Of a DNA stretch of 64,000 nt, positions 46,277 to 55,419 are shown piece after piece. The stretch comes from Nanobdellota archaeon (GTDB lineage Archaea; Nanobdellota; Nanobdellia; Pacearchaeales; GW2011-AR1). The stretch's first letter is position 1. Every line of letters starts with the position of its first letter. The stretch is from contig JAHIWS010000019.1 in NCBI GenBank assembly GCA_018815925.1, positions 252 through 64,251 on the forward strand, in the 5' to 3' direction. Below the pieces are notes generated by a model. That model worked only from the letters and a program-made list of their open reading frames with translations. It searched no databases and was not told where the DNA came from. The translations under genes and the position numbers were made by a program.

Positions 46277-46590
46277 AATTTAAAGAATTTATTCAACTAG
46301 ATAAAAAAAAGTTATTAATAACTTTGGTTTTGTTTATAATCTGGGTTATTTTTGCACATTCTATTAATCAGTTTATGCTTTGTGATTGTATTGATACACC
46401 TTTAGATTATTTTGAAACATGTACTGATTATTATGATTACTTAATTTTTGATAGTATAGAGTGCCATTGTACATGTGTTCAAGGAAACAAATTAATCAGA
46501 AATTATTTTTGGTTTGGATTAATTCCCTTAATAATAATTTACTTAATTGTTAGTATTATTTTTTACTTACTTAATAGGAGGAGAAAATGA
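46273..46590 (+). CDS. Cys-rich two-TM membrane protein
   Basis: 105 aa. The loop CDCIDTPLDYFETCTDYYDYLIFDSIECHCTC lies between two TM helices. ATGA overlaps on both sides. Confidence 0.45.
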   Translation: MKFKEFIQLDKKKLLITLVLFIIWVIFAHSINQFMLCDCIDTPLDYFETCTDYYDYLIFDSIECHCTCVQGNKLIRNYFWFGLIPLIIIYLIVSIIFYLLNRRRK

Positions 46591-47426
46591 AAATCATAAA
46601 ACGTGCGCGTGTTCCTATAAGAATTGATTTTGCAGGAGGAACAACAGATATTGCATATTTTTCCCACAAATATGGGGGAGCTGTTTTAAATGCAGCAATT
46701 AATAAATATGTATCTGGAAAACTTATTAAAAAAAACAACAAAACACATTTGGAATATACTGGAAAAATTCCAACATCATCTGGACTTGGAACATCTGGTG
46801 CAATGAATGTTTTATGGTTATCTTTAATTAATAAAAATAAAAATAGAAAAGAGTTGGCAAATATGGCCTATAAAATAGAACAAGATATGGGAATTGTTGG
46901 AGGAACACAAGACCATTATGCAGCTAGTTTTGGTGGAATAAATTTTTTAGAATTTAAAAAAAACAAAATTATTAGAACCCCCATCAAACTAAAAAAACCC
47001 TTTATAGAAGAACTTGAGAATAATTTAATTTTAGTTTATACAGGTCTTCCTCATTTTGAATCAACTGCAAATAAAAACATGATTGATAATATAAAAAAGG
47101 GAAAGCACATTCAAAATTTAATAAGAATAAGAGAAATAGCAAAAGAAATGAAAAATGCACTTTTAAAAAAAGATTTGACTAGATTTTCTGAATTACTTAA
47201 TGAGGAAACTGAAAATAGGAAAAAACTTGATAGTGCTGTTCTTCCTCCTGGAGCAAAAGAAATCATTAAACATGGATTTTCTCATGGAGCAACAGCAGCA
47301 AAGATTTGTGGCTCTGGAAATGGGGGAAGTATTTTATTTTTTGGAAATAAAAAGAAACTAAAAAAGAAGTTTAAGAAAAGCGTTATTGATTTTAAGTTTG
47401 ATTTTGAAGGGTTGAGGGTTTGGTAA
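46587..47426 (+). CDS. GHMP-family sugar kinase
   Basis: 279 aa. PTSSGLGTSGAM (GHMP motif II), KICGSGNGGS (motif III). Confidence 0.78.
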   Translation: MKIIKRARVPIRIDFAGGTTDIAYFSHKYGGAVLNAAINKYVSGKLIKKNNKTHLEYTGKIPTSSGLGTSGAMNVLWLSLINKNKNRKELANMAYKIEQDMGIVGGTQDHYAASFGGINFLEFKKNKIIRTPIKLKKPFIEELENNLILVYTGLPHFESTANKNMIDNIKKGKHIQNLIRIREIAKEMKNALLKKDLTRFSELLNEETENRKKLDSAVLPPGAKEIIKHGFSHGATAAKICGSGNGGSILFFGNKKKLKKKFKKSVIDFKFDFEGLRVW

Positions 47427-47453
47427 TTATTTGGTTTTTTGTTTTGGGGATTC

Positions 47454-48743
47454 TTACAAATTCTGAATTTCTACTAAAGCTCCAGATTCATTTGCATCAA
47501 GAACTGTTATTACCATTTTGTTGTATTCATCTGTGTAGTTCTGGTTTTTTTCAAGATAAACATACATATTTTCAATTGGGGCTCCATAATCAGTATATAT
47601 AATTGAGTTTTTTGGATGCATATTTAGTAAAACCGTGTACCATCCACTTGTTTGTTCATCTTCAATATAATTACCAAATCTTATAAACACCCCTTTAGTG
47701 GGTTGAAAACCACTTTGGTTTATTAATTTGTATTCAAGGAAATAGTGTGAAAAAAATTCTATGGCTATCTCAGGAAATTCCGCTTCGCCCCATTTTTTAG
47801 GTATCATAAGTCCTTTAATCTCAGATTTGTTTTGGAATTGAGAATTAATTGGAGTAATCCAATAAGTTCCTTTTGTAACTTCAGGAACATTGTTTTTTTC
47901 AAGCCACCCTAAAATTAATTTATTTCTAATGTTATAGTGTTCTTTTGAAGCGCTACCCATTGGATCATAGTGCTCCTCTGAAACAAAATTACAGTTGTTG
48001 CCTATTGTAACTTTGTTTCCCTCATTGTCATTACAATCTAACATATAAGCATGATTCAATCCTAAATTATGCCCAATTTCATGTGCTAATATGTTTGAGC
48101 TAGGGGGTGAAAATGGTTTTTCTGGAGTTTTAGTTTTAGGAAAGCCAACAAAAGAAAGCTGAATTTTTCCTTCATTAGTATTATATTCTAGTCTTCCAAT
48201 AGTTCCATGGGGTCTACAATTCCAAAAAGGATTTTCTGTGTTTTTTTCAAAAATGGTGATTATTCCATAATATTCCTTAAAATCAATAAGGGGGTCTAAA
48301 AGATTGACTATATAAGAGCTCCAATGTTCTCCAACACAGGGTCCCAACTCATTTGGAATCTCATTTGAAATGATGCTAGTAACATACCAATAATTAATAT
48401 TCATTTTTCCATAAGATACCTCTGTAAAATAATCATTAGCATTATTAATAAGGTCTTCACTAAAACCTTGAGAATCAAAATCTGGGTAATCTTCTTGGAA
48501 TGCATAAACTATTGCATATTTTTTTTCTTCAAGAACTCCATTAAAATTTTCTACCTCTGTATTTTTTGTTATAATTGTTTCTGGATTAGAATTATCCTCT
48601 TTTGAATTGAAATAAAAAATAAGTCCGATAAGAAAAACCACTCCAATAATTATTAGAAATAAATAACTCTTTGGTTTTTTTTGCAACTGATTTGAAGGAA
48701 AATGTTGAAATGTTTGTCCTGGAGGGTATTTGGGATCAACCAT
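47454..48743 (-). CDS. Membrane-anchored zincin metalloprotease (M11 gametolysin-like, tentative)
   Basis: 429 aa. N-terminal TM helix (YLFLIIIGVVFLIGLIFYF), HEIGHNLGLNH (HExxHxxGxxH), downstream HYDPMG. Confidence 0.65.
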   Translation of the reverse strand: MVDPKYPPGQTFQHFPSNQLQKKPKSYLFLIIIGVVFLIGLIFYFNSKEDNSNPETIITKNTEVENFNGVLEEKKYAIVYAFQEDYPDFDSQGFSEDLINNANDYFTEVSYGKMNINYWYVTSIISNEIPNELGPCVGEHWSSYIVNLLDPLIDFKEYYGIITIFEKNTENPFWNCRPHGTIGRLEYNTNEGKIQLSFVGFPKTKTPEKPFSPPSSNILAHEIGHNLGLNHAYMLDCNDNEGNKVTIGNNCNFVSEEHYDPMGSASKEHYNIRNKLILGWLEKNNVPEVTKGTYWITPINSQFQNKSEIKGLMIPKKWGEAEFPEIAIEFFSHYFLEYKLINQSGFQPTKGVFIRFGNYIEDEQTSGWYTVLLNMHPKNSIIYTDYGAPIENMYVYLEKNQNYTDEYNKMVITVLDANESGALVEIQNL

Positions 48744-48839
48744 TAACTAATATTGATTTTTGAATTATTAAAGCTTACTAAATAATCAGGTATTAATTTT
48801 TTCCCTATATTTCAAGGCAAAATTAGCTTGTTTTTTAGA

Positions 48840-48854
48840 GGGTAGATTATTTAT
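48840..48854 (+). repeat. Recurrent motif copy a (GGGTAGATTATTTAT)
   Basis: 14 of its 15 nt are identical, contiguously, to 60035-60048. Lies 6 nt from the GT4 stop and about 96 nt upstream of the protease start on the minus strand. Confidence 0.5.
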
Positions 48855-48860
48855 TTAGGA

Positions 48861-50000
48861 TTACTGCACACCCTCATAAATCTTAAAGGTCTTTTTCGCA
48901 ATTATATTCCAACCAGAGACATTCTTAACATATAGCGCTGCGTTTTTGGAATATTTATTTCTTAGTGTTTTTGATGCAAGAAGCTTAAGAATTGTCTTGT
49001 AAAAATCATTTCTTCTGTGTTTCATTTTTACTAATAGACCTGCTTTTGAATTTCTTATTTCTGCTCCAAGACCTTCAATATCTGTTACAATTGCAGGAGT
49101 ATGTGCTGCAAATCCATTAGCTAAAACTCCTGATTGAGACTCAGATTTATACGGAAGAGCTAAAATATCAAAACTTGCAAGTCTTTTCAAAAACTCTAGC
49201 TTTTTATAATCTTTAACAATTAATTCAATGTTATTATTTACTTTGCTCTTCATTATAGCTTTCATTACCTCATTAATATAAATTCTAGTTAGTTTATCTG
49301 CATGTGGTTTTATTTCAAGGACGAGAAATGCATTTGGAAACCTTTTTACTATCTTTGGCCATTGTCTTATCATTGTCCTAAAACCTTTTCTTTGATCAGC
49401 AATTCCAGCTGCTCCTACTACTAATTTATCTGTGTAGCCATATTCTCTTCTTAATTTTTTTTTATCTGGGTTAAATTCATTATCAGATCCATGGGGAAGA
49501 ACATAAAGGTTTTTTGGAATGAAACCTATATTCTTTTTTAAGGCTTGCTTTTGATAATCTTCATGAAAGATTCCTGCACTTAATAATTGAAGACTTTCTT
49601 TAACAAAAAATTTGTGAGGAGGCTCTAATTTTTCATAGATACTGTGATAGGTCATAACTGTTGGAATTTTTTCTTGTTTTAGTTTTTCAAGTAATTTCAA
49701 AAGATGCCTATTTTGATCTTCATAGGTTTCATATAACCCATATTCATGTTGTATATGTACTATAGAAGGTGTTTCTTTTTTTATTATTTTAAATACCTTT
49801 TCATCCCAATCTCTGTCAGTTTGATCAATCACAGGATAATTTGCTTTTGCTGCATCAATATGTGATATTATTTTTATGGATATTTTTTGATTATGTTTTT
49901 TTGCATAATTTTTTATTGCATTAATATAATCTTGTGAATAAAAAGCAATACCACATGAGCGAGGCAAATAACTACTAATCCATATCACCTTTTTCATCAT
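48861..50000 (-). CDS. Glycosyltransferase family 4 (group 1)
   Basis: 379 aa, GT-B fold pattern. SESQSGVLANGFAAHTPAIVTD region. Confidence 0.78.
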   Translation of the reverse strand: MMKKVIWISSYLPRSCGIAFYSQDYINAIKNYAKKHNQKISIKIISHIDAAKANYPVIDQTDRDWDEKVFKIIKKETPSIVHIQHEYGLYETYEDQNRHLLKLLEKLKQEKIPTVMTYHSIYEKLEPPHKFFVKESLQLLSAGIFHEDYQKQALKKNIGFIPKNLYVLPHGSDNEFNPDKKKLRREYGYTDKLVVGAAGIADQRKGFRTMIRQWPKIVKRFPNAFLVLEIKPHADKLTRIYINEVMKAIMKSKVNNNIELIVKDYKKLEFLKRLASFDILALPYKSESQSGVLANGFAAHTPAIVTDIEGLGAEIRNSKAGLLVKMKHRRNDFYKTILKLLASKTLRNKYSKNAALYVKNVSGWNIIAKKTFKIYEGVQ

Positions 50001-50022
50001 AAAAGAAAAAACCCAATAAGTT

Positions 50023-52266
50023 TTAAATATCTTGTGATTCTTTTTTAATTTCCTCTAACATTAATCTTGAAAGGAGGTATGCTATTGTTGACTCTGCTCC
50101 TTGATTTAAGTTCAACGAATGTTTTCCTAATCCATCATAACATCCTCCTGTAACTTCGTCATAAAGCATTTGTTTTAGGTGATTTCTACCTAAAAACCAG
50201 TTAAATGCTAAAACAGCTTTTTCATGATAGTGTTTATCCTCTGTTGCAAGAAATGCAGCCAGATATGCACTCACCATAGAAAATGCATCTATAGGTTGTT
50301 GATCAAAAAAAGCTCTTTTTCCATTTTTATTATACCACCCATTTTGGCCTATAGGGTGTAATTCATCATCAACAAACACTATATCTGATAAAAAATGAAG
50401 TGTTGATTCTGCTATTTCTAAATATGCTTCATTTTTTGTAGATTTATAAGCTAAGAACATTGCTTCAGATAATTTAGCATTTGCATAACTTAGATGATTT
50501 TCAAACCACTGCCACTCATTAGAAGAATTTTTTTTGTATAACTCTACCAGAGAATCTGCAAGATTCCTTATTAAATTTAAATCTCTTTTTCTCCCAAATT
50601 TTTCATAGTGATAATATAATCCAACAATTGAAAAAGCTTTTGCTCTTAAACTATCTAGTTCTAATATTCTTGGGATTGATTTATCAAATAAATCTTCTGC
50701 CTTGTTTAATAATTCTTTATCTTTTGTTGTATGTGTTGTGTACCCTAATGCCCAAATAGCTCTTCCAAACGCATCATCGCTACGTTCTCCTATTAGTTTA
50801 TTTTTATTCATAAAAATATTATTAAAATATCCTTCTTCTGATTGAGCATGTTCTATAAATTTAAGATATTTTTTAGCTAGTTTAAAAGATAAATCAGATT
50901 CTGTTAGAGAATTGTGTAATGTGGCTATAATTAATGCTCTTGTATTATCATCAAGAGTATATCCTGATTTTTTATCTGGCACAGCAGCTTTACAAAATTG
51001 TAGACAACCAAAATTATCTGTAAGATTTCTTAAATGGCTCAATTTTATCTTGGGATATTTCTTAGTAATTTCCTCTCTTAGCTTTACTACCCTATTAAAA
51101 ACACTAAGATGTCTTCTTGCTACATTTGACCAAATCATCTGCCTTCCAAAAGCATATGCAGCTTCTGACATATTTTTTCTTAATTCAATATCTGAAAGTA
51201 GTTTATCAAGAGCTTTAGTAAATTCTTCTGGACTTTTTGTTTTCTTAATTACAATACCTCTATCTTGAGCTAAAAGTTCCTTAGCGTATATGACAGGAGT
51301 TGCTACTACTGGCCTACCACAAGATAATGCATAAGCAAGAGTACCAGAAGTTATTTGTTCTTTTTCTAAATTTGTAAAAGCATATATGTCACACGCAAGA
51401 ATATATGGATCAGCAAGTTCCTTAACATCAACATACCTATCTTGAAACTTAACATATTTTTCTAAACCAAGCTCTTTTACTAAAGCAATTAATTCATTTC
51501 TGTAAGATTCTCCTTCTTCTCTTCTTACATTTGGGTGTGTTTCACCAGAAATAAAATACAACAAATCTGGATATTTTTTAACCAGTGGAGGAAGAGCCAT
51601 TATCATATATTCTATTCCTTTTCCTCTACTCAACAAACCAAAACTAAAAATAACTGTTCTTCCTTCAAAGCCTATCTTTTTTTTATATTGATCAGGAGGA
51701 GAAAATTTAACATTAGGAGTTCCATGATGAATAAGATACATTTTGCTTCTTTCAACTCCATAATCTTTATTTAAAATGTCAATTGCAGCTTCTGCCATTA
51801 CAATTATTGCTGAAACTTTTGCTGCTATTTGTCTAACAATTTTTCTTCTTTCTTTATCTGGATGTGACAAGACACTATGAAAAGTTATAGCTACAGGTTT
51901 TTTAATTGCATTTAAGAAATAAAGAATATCTGACCCATATTCTCCTCCAAATAATCCAAACTCATGTTGTATGCATATTAATCTCTGGTCTGGAGATTCA
52001 TTTAATTCTCTTGCAGTTCTCTCATAATCTTCTTTGCTATTTCTAGTTATTTGATATATTACCTTATTATTATATTTGTGATGGGTTTCAGGATCATTAA
52101 GTGCTATGACTCTCGATCTTAACTTTGGATTAAAAGCACGATTCATAGAATTTGTTAAATTTTCAGCGAATATAGAAATTCCACATTCTTTAGGAGGATA
52201 ATTACTCATAAAACAAATTTTTGGGTCTTTGATTATTTGATCTACTTCAACCTCTTTTCCAATCAT
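50023..52266 (-). CDS. GT4 glycosyltransferase fused to a C-terminal (alpha/alpha)6-like domain
   Basis: 747 aa. N-terminal about 400 aa is GT-B (EQITSGTLAYALSCGRPVVAT). The C-terminal about 340 aa carries DDNTRALI, DAFGRAIWALGY, GQNGWYN, GGCYDGL, NQGAESTIAYLLS, reminiscent of six-hairpin glycosidases. Confidence 0.7.
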   Translation of the reverse strand: MIGKEVEVDQIIKDPKICFMSNYPPKECGISIFAENLTNSMNRAFNPKLRSRVIALNDPETHHKYNNKVIYQITRNSKEDYERTARELNESPDQRLICIQHEFGLFGGEYGSDILYFLNAIKKPVAITFHSVLSHPDKERRKIVRQIAAKVSAIIVMAEAAIDILNKDYGVERSKMYLIHHGTPNVKFSPPDQYKKKIGFEGRTVIFSFGLLSRGKGIEYMIMALPPLVKKYPDLLYFISGETHPNVRREEGESYRNELIALVKELGLEKYVKFQDRYVDVKELADPYILACDIYAFTNLEKEQITSGTLAYALSCGRPVVATPVIYAKELLAQDRGIVIKKTKSPEEFTKALDKLLSDIELRKNMSEAAYAFGRQMIWSNVARRHLSVFNRVVKLREEITKKYPKIKLSHLRNLTDNFGCLQFCKAAVPDKKSGYTLDDNTRALIIATLHNSLTESDLSFKLAKKYLKFIEHAQSEEGYFNNIFMNKNKLIGERSDDAFGRAIWALGYTTHTTKDKELLNKAEDLFDKSIPRILELDSLRAKAFSIVGLYYHYEKFGRKRDLNLIRNLADSLVELYKKNSSNEWQWFENHLSYANAKLSEAMFLAYKSTKNEAYLEIAESTLHFLSDIVFVDDELHPIGQNGWYNKNGKRAFFDQQPIDAFSMVSAYLAAFLATEDKHYHEKAVLAFNWFLGRNHLKQMLYDEVTGGCYDGLGKHSLNLNQGAESTIAYLLSRLMLEEIKKESQDI

Positions 52267-52431
52267 TTTATATCTGCATTAAAGATTAACAATTTATTTA
52301 AAGCTTTCTACAATTAAATATTTAAGTCTTAAAAGAACTAGTTAGAAAATGTGTTTTGCAATTACATAATTTCAAATAAGTCAAAAGTTTTCCTCCAAAA
52401 GACTTTTAAACAAAATTCTCTACTCTTCAAT

Positions 52432-53076
52432 ATGTTTAAGAAAAAAACTTGTAAAAAATGTGGAAAAAAATCAAATAAAGATTTTGATTACTGTCCTTAT
52501 TGTGGAAATCCTGGTGAAACAAATGATGATTGGGGAATGTTGGGAAAAAATGATTTAGTCAGAGATGAAGATATAATTTCTGGCTCCATGCTTGGAGGAC
52601 TAGGTGGAAATATGTTGGGAAAAATGTTAAACAGTGCTATGAAAATGTTAGAAAAAGAAATGCAGAAAGAGATAAAACATTCTAATATGAGGCCTAAAAC
52701 AAATATTAGATTAATGATAAATGGAAAAGAAATAGATTTTAATAATAAAAACATTCAAAAATCAACAAATAAAAAAACAGGAAACAGAAAAAAAATAAAT
52801 CTCCCAAAAATAATTCTAAAGAATTTTTCTAAACTACCAAGAAAAGAACCAAAAGCAAATATTAGAAGATTTTCTGATAAAATAGTTTATGAAATAGAAC
52901 TTCCAAAAGTTACTTCAAACTCAGACATTTCAATAGTTCAACTAGAAAATAGTATAGAAATAAAGGCTATTTCGAAAAATAACTCTTATCTTAAATTAAT
53001 CCCTATAAATCTTCCAATTACAAATTATGATTTTGAAAAAGAAAAATTAACACTTGAATTTGCTATAAAAGGATAA
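52432..53076 (+). CDS. Zn-ribbon protein with C-terminal alpha-crystallin/Hsp20-like segment (tentative)
   Basis: CKKCGKK...CPYCGN ribbon. The C-terminal IRRFSDKIVYEIELPKVTSNSDISIVQLENSIEIKAISKN...EKEKLTLEF has the beta-sandwich rhythm of an ACD. The track start is GTG 52351; the ATG is at 52432. Confidence 0.4.
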   Translation: MFKKKTCKKCGKKSNKDFDYCPYCGNPGETNDDWGMLGKNDLVRDEDIISGSMLGGLGGNMLGKMLNSAMKMLEKEMQKEIKHSNMRPKTNIRLMINGKEIDFNNKNIQKSTNKKTGNRKKINLPKIILKNFSKLPRKEPKANIRRFSDKIVYEIELPKVTSNSDISIVQLENSIEIKAISKNNSYLKLIPINLPITNYDFEKEKLTLEFAIKG

Positions 53077-53118
53077 ATCCTCCAAAATATTTAAATAACT
53101 AAATTATGAATTAATTCT

Positions 53119-53790
53119 ATGAAAAAATTAAATATTGGTATTATTTTGGATGGAAATAGAAGATTTGCTAAGCGCCTAATGAAAGAACCTTGGAAAGGAC
53201 ATGAATACGGTGCAAAAAAATTAAATTCCCTCTTAGAATGGTGTAAAGAATTTAAAATAAAAGAATTAACATTATATTGCTTATCAATAGAAAATTTCAA
53301 TCGTCCTAAAAAAGAATTTAATTATCTAATGAAAGTATTTAAAAAAGAAGCAGAAAATATCCTAAAAGATCCAAGAATTGATAAAGAAAAAATTAAAATA
53401 AACTTCATAGGTAAAATAAACCTCCTTGATAAAGATTTACAAGGTTTGATAAAAAAAATTAAAAACAAAACAAAATCCTATAAAAACCATATTATTAATA
53501 TTGCTATTGCTTATGGGGGTAGACAAGAAATTATTAATACTATAAAAAAACTAATAAAATTCAAAAAACCAATAAATGAAAAAAATTTCCAAAAAGAGCT
53601 CTGGATTTCAAATGAACCTGATTTTATTATAAGAACAGGTGGAGAAAAAAGAACTTCTAATTTTTTACCTTGGCAATCAACCTATAGTGAGTGGTTTTTT
53701 CTAGACAAAATGTGGCCAGAGTTTGAAAAAAAAGATCTCCAAAACTGTATTCAAGAATTCTATACAAGACAAAGAAGATTTGGGAAATAA
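53119..53790 (+). CDS. uppS: cis-prenyltransferase (undecaprenyl/di-trans,poly-cis-polyprenyl diphosphate synthase)
   Basis: 223 aa. ILDGNRRFAK, ENFNRP, IRTGGEKRTSNFLPWQSTYSE. Confidence 0.92.
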   Translation: MKKLNIGIILDGNRRFAKRLMKEPWKGHEYGAKKLNSLLEWCKEFKIKELTLYCLSIENFNRPKKEFNYLMKVFKKEAENILKDPRIDKEKIKINFIGKINLLDKDLQGLIKKIKNKTKSYKNHIINIAIAYGGRQEIINTIKKLIKFKKPINEKNFQKELWISNEPDFIIRTGGEKRTSNFLPWQSTYSEWFFLDKMWPEFEKKDLQNCIQEFYTRQRRFGK

Positions 53791-53797
53791 TAGATAA

Positions 53798-53811
53798 AAA
53801 CCTTTAAATAA
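53798..53811 (+). promoter_or_regulatory. BRE/TATA-like box AAACCTTTAAATAA for tRNA-Ile
   Basis: Centre is about 28 nt upstream of tRNA nt 1 (53834). Same core as the boxes at 53917 and 54329. Confidence 0.45.
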
Positions 53812-53833
53812 CTAATAAGAGTGTTTTTTCTAT

Positions 53834-53908
53834 GAGGCTGTAGCTCAGTCTGGCCAGAGCACTGCTCTGATAAGGCAGGGGTCCACGGTTCAAATCCGTG
53901 CAGCCTCA
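53834..53908 (+). tRNA. tRNA-Ile(GAU)
   Basis: 75 nt. Acceptor GAGGCTG/CAGCCTC. D arm GCTC-AGTCTGGCCA-GAGC. Anticodon stem CTGCT/GGCAG, loop CT-GAT-AA. T arm CACGG-TTCAAAT-CCGTG, discriminator A, no CCA. Confidence 0.93.
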
Positions 53909-53916
53909 CTCATGCT

Positions 53917-53929
53917 AACCTTTAAAAAA
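53917..53929 (+). promoter_or_regulatory. BRE/TATA-like box AACCTTTAAAAAA (leaderless spacing)
   Basis: About 25 nt upstream of ATG 53950. Confidence 0.4.
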
Positions 53930-53949
53930 CGAAAAACTTTTAATTTACA

Positions 53950-54309
53950 ATGAACAAAAAATCAGGTATAGTTTTTGGAATTGTATTAATAATAATTGGG
54001 TTAATCCTAGCCATAATAGGATTAACAAGTTTTTTTAGTGCACCTGGTAATATAAATCAAGAAAATTCTAATCCAATAGGAGCATTTGCAAGTGTAGGAA
54101 TAGGAATAGTTATTATATTTATAGGGGCAATTTTAATTGGAGCAGGAATATTAATAATTTACCTAACTAATATAGAAAAGATTTTTTCTTATATAGCAAC
54201 AGAAACTGCACCAGGAGTAGAAACATCTAGCCATGCATTAGGAAAAGGTTTAGCAAGAGGAGTAAAAGCAGGACTAAAAAATAAATCAAAAAAGAAAAAG
54301 AAGAAATAA
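53950..54309 (+). CDS. membrane protein with poly-Lys tail
   Basis: 119 aa. Two long hydrophobic helices, C-terminal KNKSKKKKKK. Confidence 0.5.
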   Translation: MNKKSGIVFGIVLIIIGLILAIIGLTSFFSAPGNINQENSNPIGAFASVGIGIVIIFIGAILIGAGILIIYLTNIEKIFSYIATETAPGVETSSHALGKGLARGVKAGLKNKSKKKKKK

Positions 54310-54328
54310 ACGTTGAAAACTTTTCAAG

Positions 54329-54342
54329 AAACCTTTAAAAAG
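54329..54342 (+). promoter_or_regulatory. BRE/TATA-like box AAACCTTTAAAAAG (leaderless spacing)
   Basis: About 27 nt upstream of the L15e ATG 54363. Confidence 0.4.
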
Positions 54343-54362
54343 CATTTTTCTATCAATATTCT

Positions 54363-54935
54363 ATGACAAAGGGGATGTATCATTATGTAAAACAAGCATG
54401 GAAAAAACCAGATGTAAAAACCCTTAGACAAAGAATGGTAGAATGGAGAAAAACACCTGCTCAGATTAAAGTAGATAAACCACTAAGAATCGATAGGGCC
54501 AGAAATCTTGGATATAAAGCTAAAAAAGGATTTGTAATAATTAGAATAAGATTAAAAAGAGGGGGTCATAAAAGACCAAGACCAAATAAAGGAAGAAGAT
54601 CAAAAAGACTCCATACTAGAAAAACATTAAAAATGAGTTACAAGTGGATTGCAGAACAAAGAGTCCAAAGAAAACATAAAAATCTTGAAGTCCTTAATTC
54701 ATATTTAATTGGAAAAGATGGAATGCATTATTTCTATGAGGTTATTTGTGTTGACCCTGAAAGACCTGAAATAAAATCAGACAGAACAATGAAATGGATT
54801 TGTAAAGGAGCAAACAAAAAAAGAGTTCTTAGAGGACTAACAAGCGCAGCAAAAAAATCTAGAGGATTAAGAAGTAAAAGTCCAATGAATAAATCAAGAC
54901 CAAGTGTAAGAGCTGGTGGAAGAAAGGGTAAGTGA
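54363..54935 (+). CDS. rpl15e: 50S ribosomal protein L15e
   Basis: 190 aa. MYHYVKQAWKKP..., RIDRARNLGYKAKKGFVIIRIRLKRGG is the typical L15e pattern. Confidence 0.93.
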   Translation: MTKGMYHYVKQAWKKPDVKTLRQRMVEWRKTPAQIKVDKPLRIDRARNLGYKAKKGFVIIRIRLKRGGHKRPRPNKGRRSKRLHTRKTLKMSYKWIAEQRVQRKHKNLEVLNSYLIGKDGMHYFYEVICVDPERPEIKSDRTMKWICKGANKKRVLRGLTSAAKKSRGLRSKSPMNKSRPSVRAGGRKGK

Positions 54936-54953
54936 ATTAATAAATAATCATCT

Positions 54954-54973
54954 AATTTTTTGTTTTTTTCTTC
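54954..54973 (+). terminator. T-rich archaeal terminator candidate after rpl15e
   Basis: AATTTTTTGTTTTTTTCTTC, about 20 nt after the stop codon. Confidence 0.35.
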
Positions 54974-55086
54974 TATTCAATAACTCCAGATTAAAAAGAA
55001 AAGGATTTAATTAAGGGGTGTGTTCTTTTGTATAGGATCAAATAAATTAATTCTTTTATCAATTCTATTAATAACTTCTTTTATAA

Positions 55087-55383
55087 TCTTTTATATTTTT
55101 TAGAGATGCTCAGAACTGGGGCGAAAAGAAAATGGATATTAAAGAAGTTATAAATAAAGCCAGGGCACATCTCAAAGAATGTGATGCTATTCTTGTTGAA
55201 GCTTCAGAAAAAGCAAACGGAATATATTTTGAAGTTGGTTATGCAAAAGCTTTAGGAAAAAAAGTTATGATAATTCATAAAAAAGGAACAGAAGCATCTT
55301 TCTTAGAATCTGCAGGAGATGTTTCTATTGAGTATGAAGACTTTGAGGATTTAAGGAAGAAACTGGAAGGAATTAAATTTTAA
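55087..55383 (+). pseudogene. Nucleoside 2-deoxyribosyltransferase-like fragment (C-terminal half only)
   Basis: The track ORF 55132-55383 (83 aa) carries CDAILVEASEKANGIYFEVGYAKALGKKVMII, the distal motif of NDT-like folds. The N-terminal half (about 60-70 aa) is missing, and the frame is open only back to 55087. Confidence 0.4.
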
Positions 55384-55419
55384 TGTCTATTTATCATCAA
55401 CTACAAACCCGTGATTATC

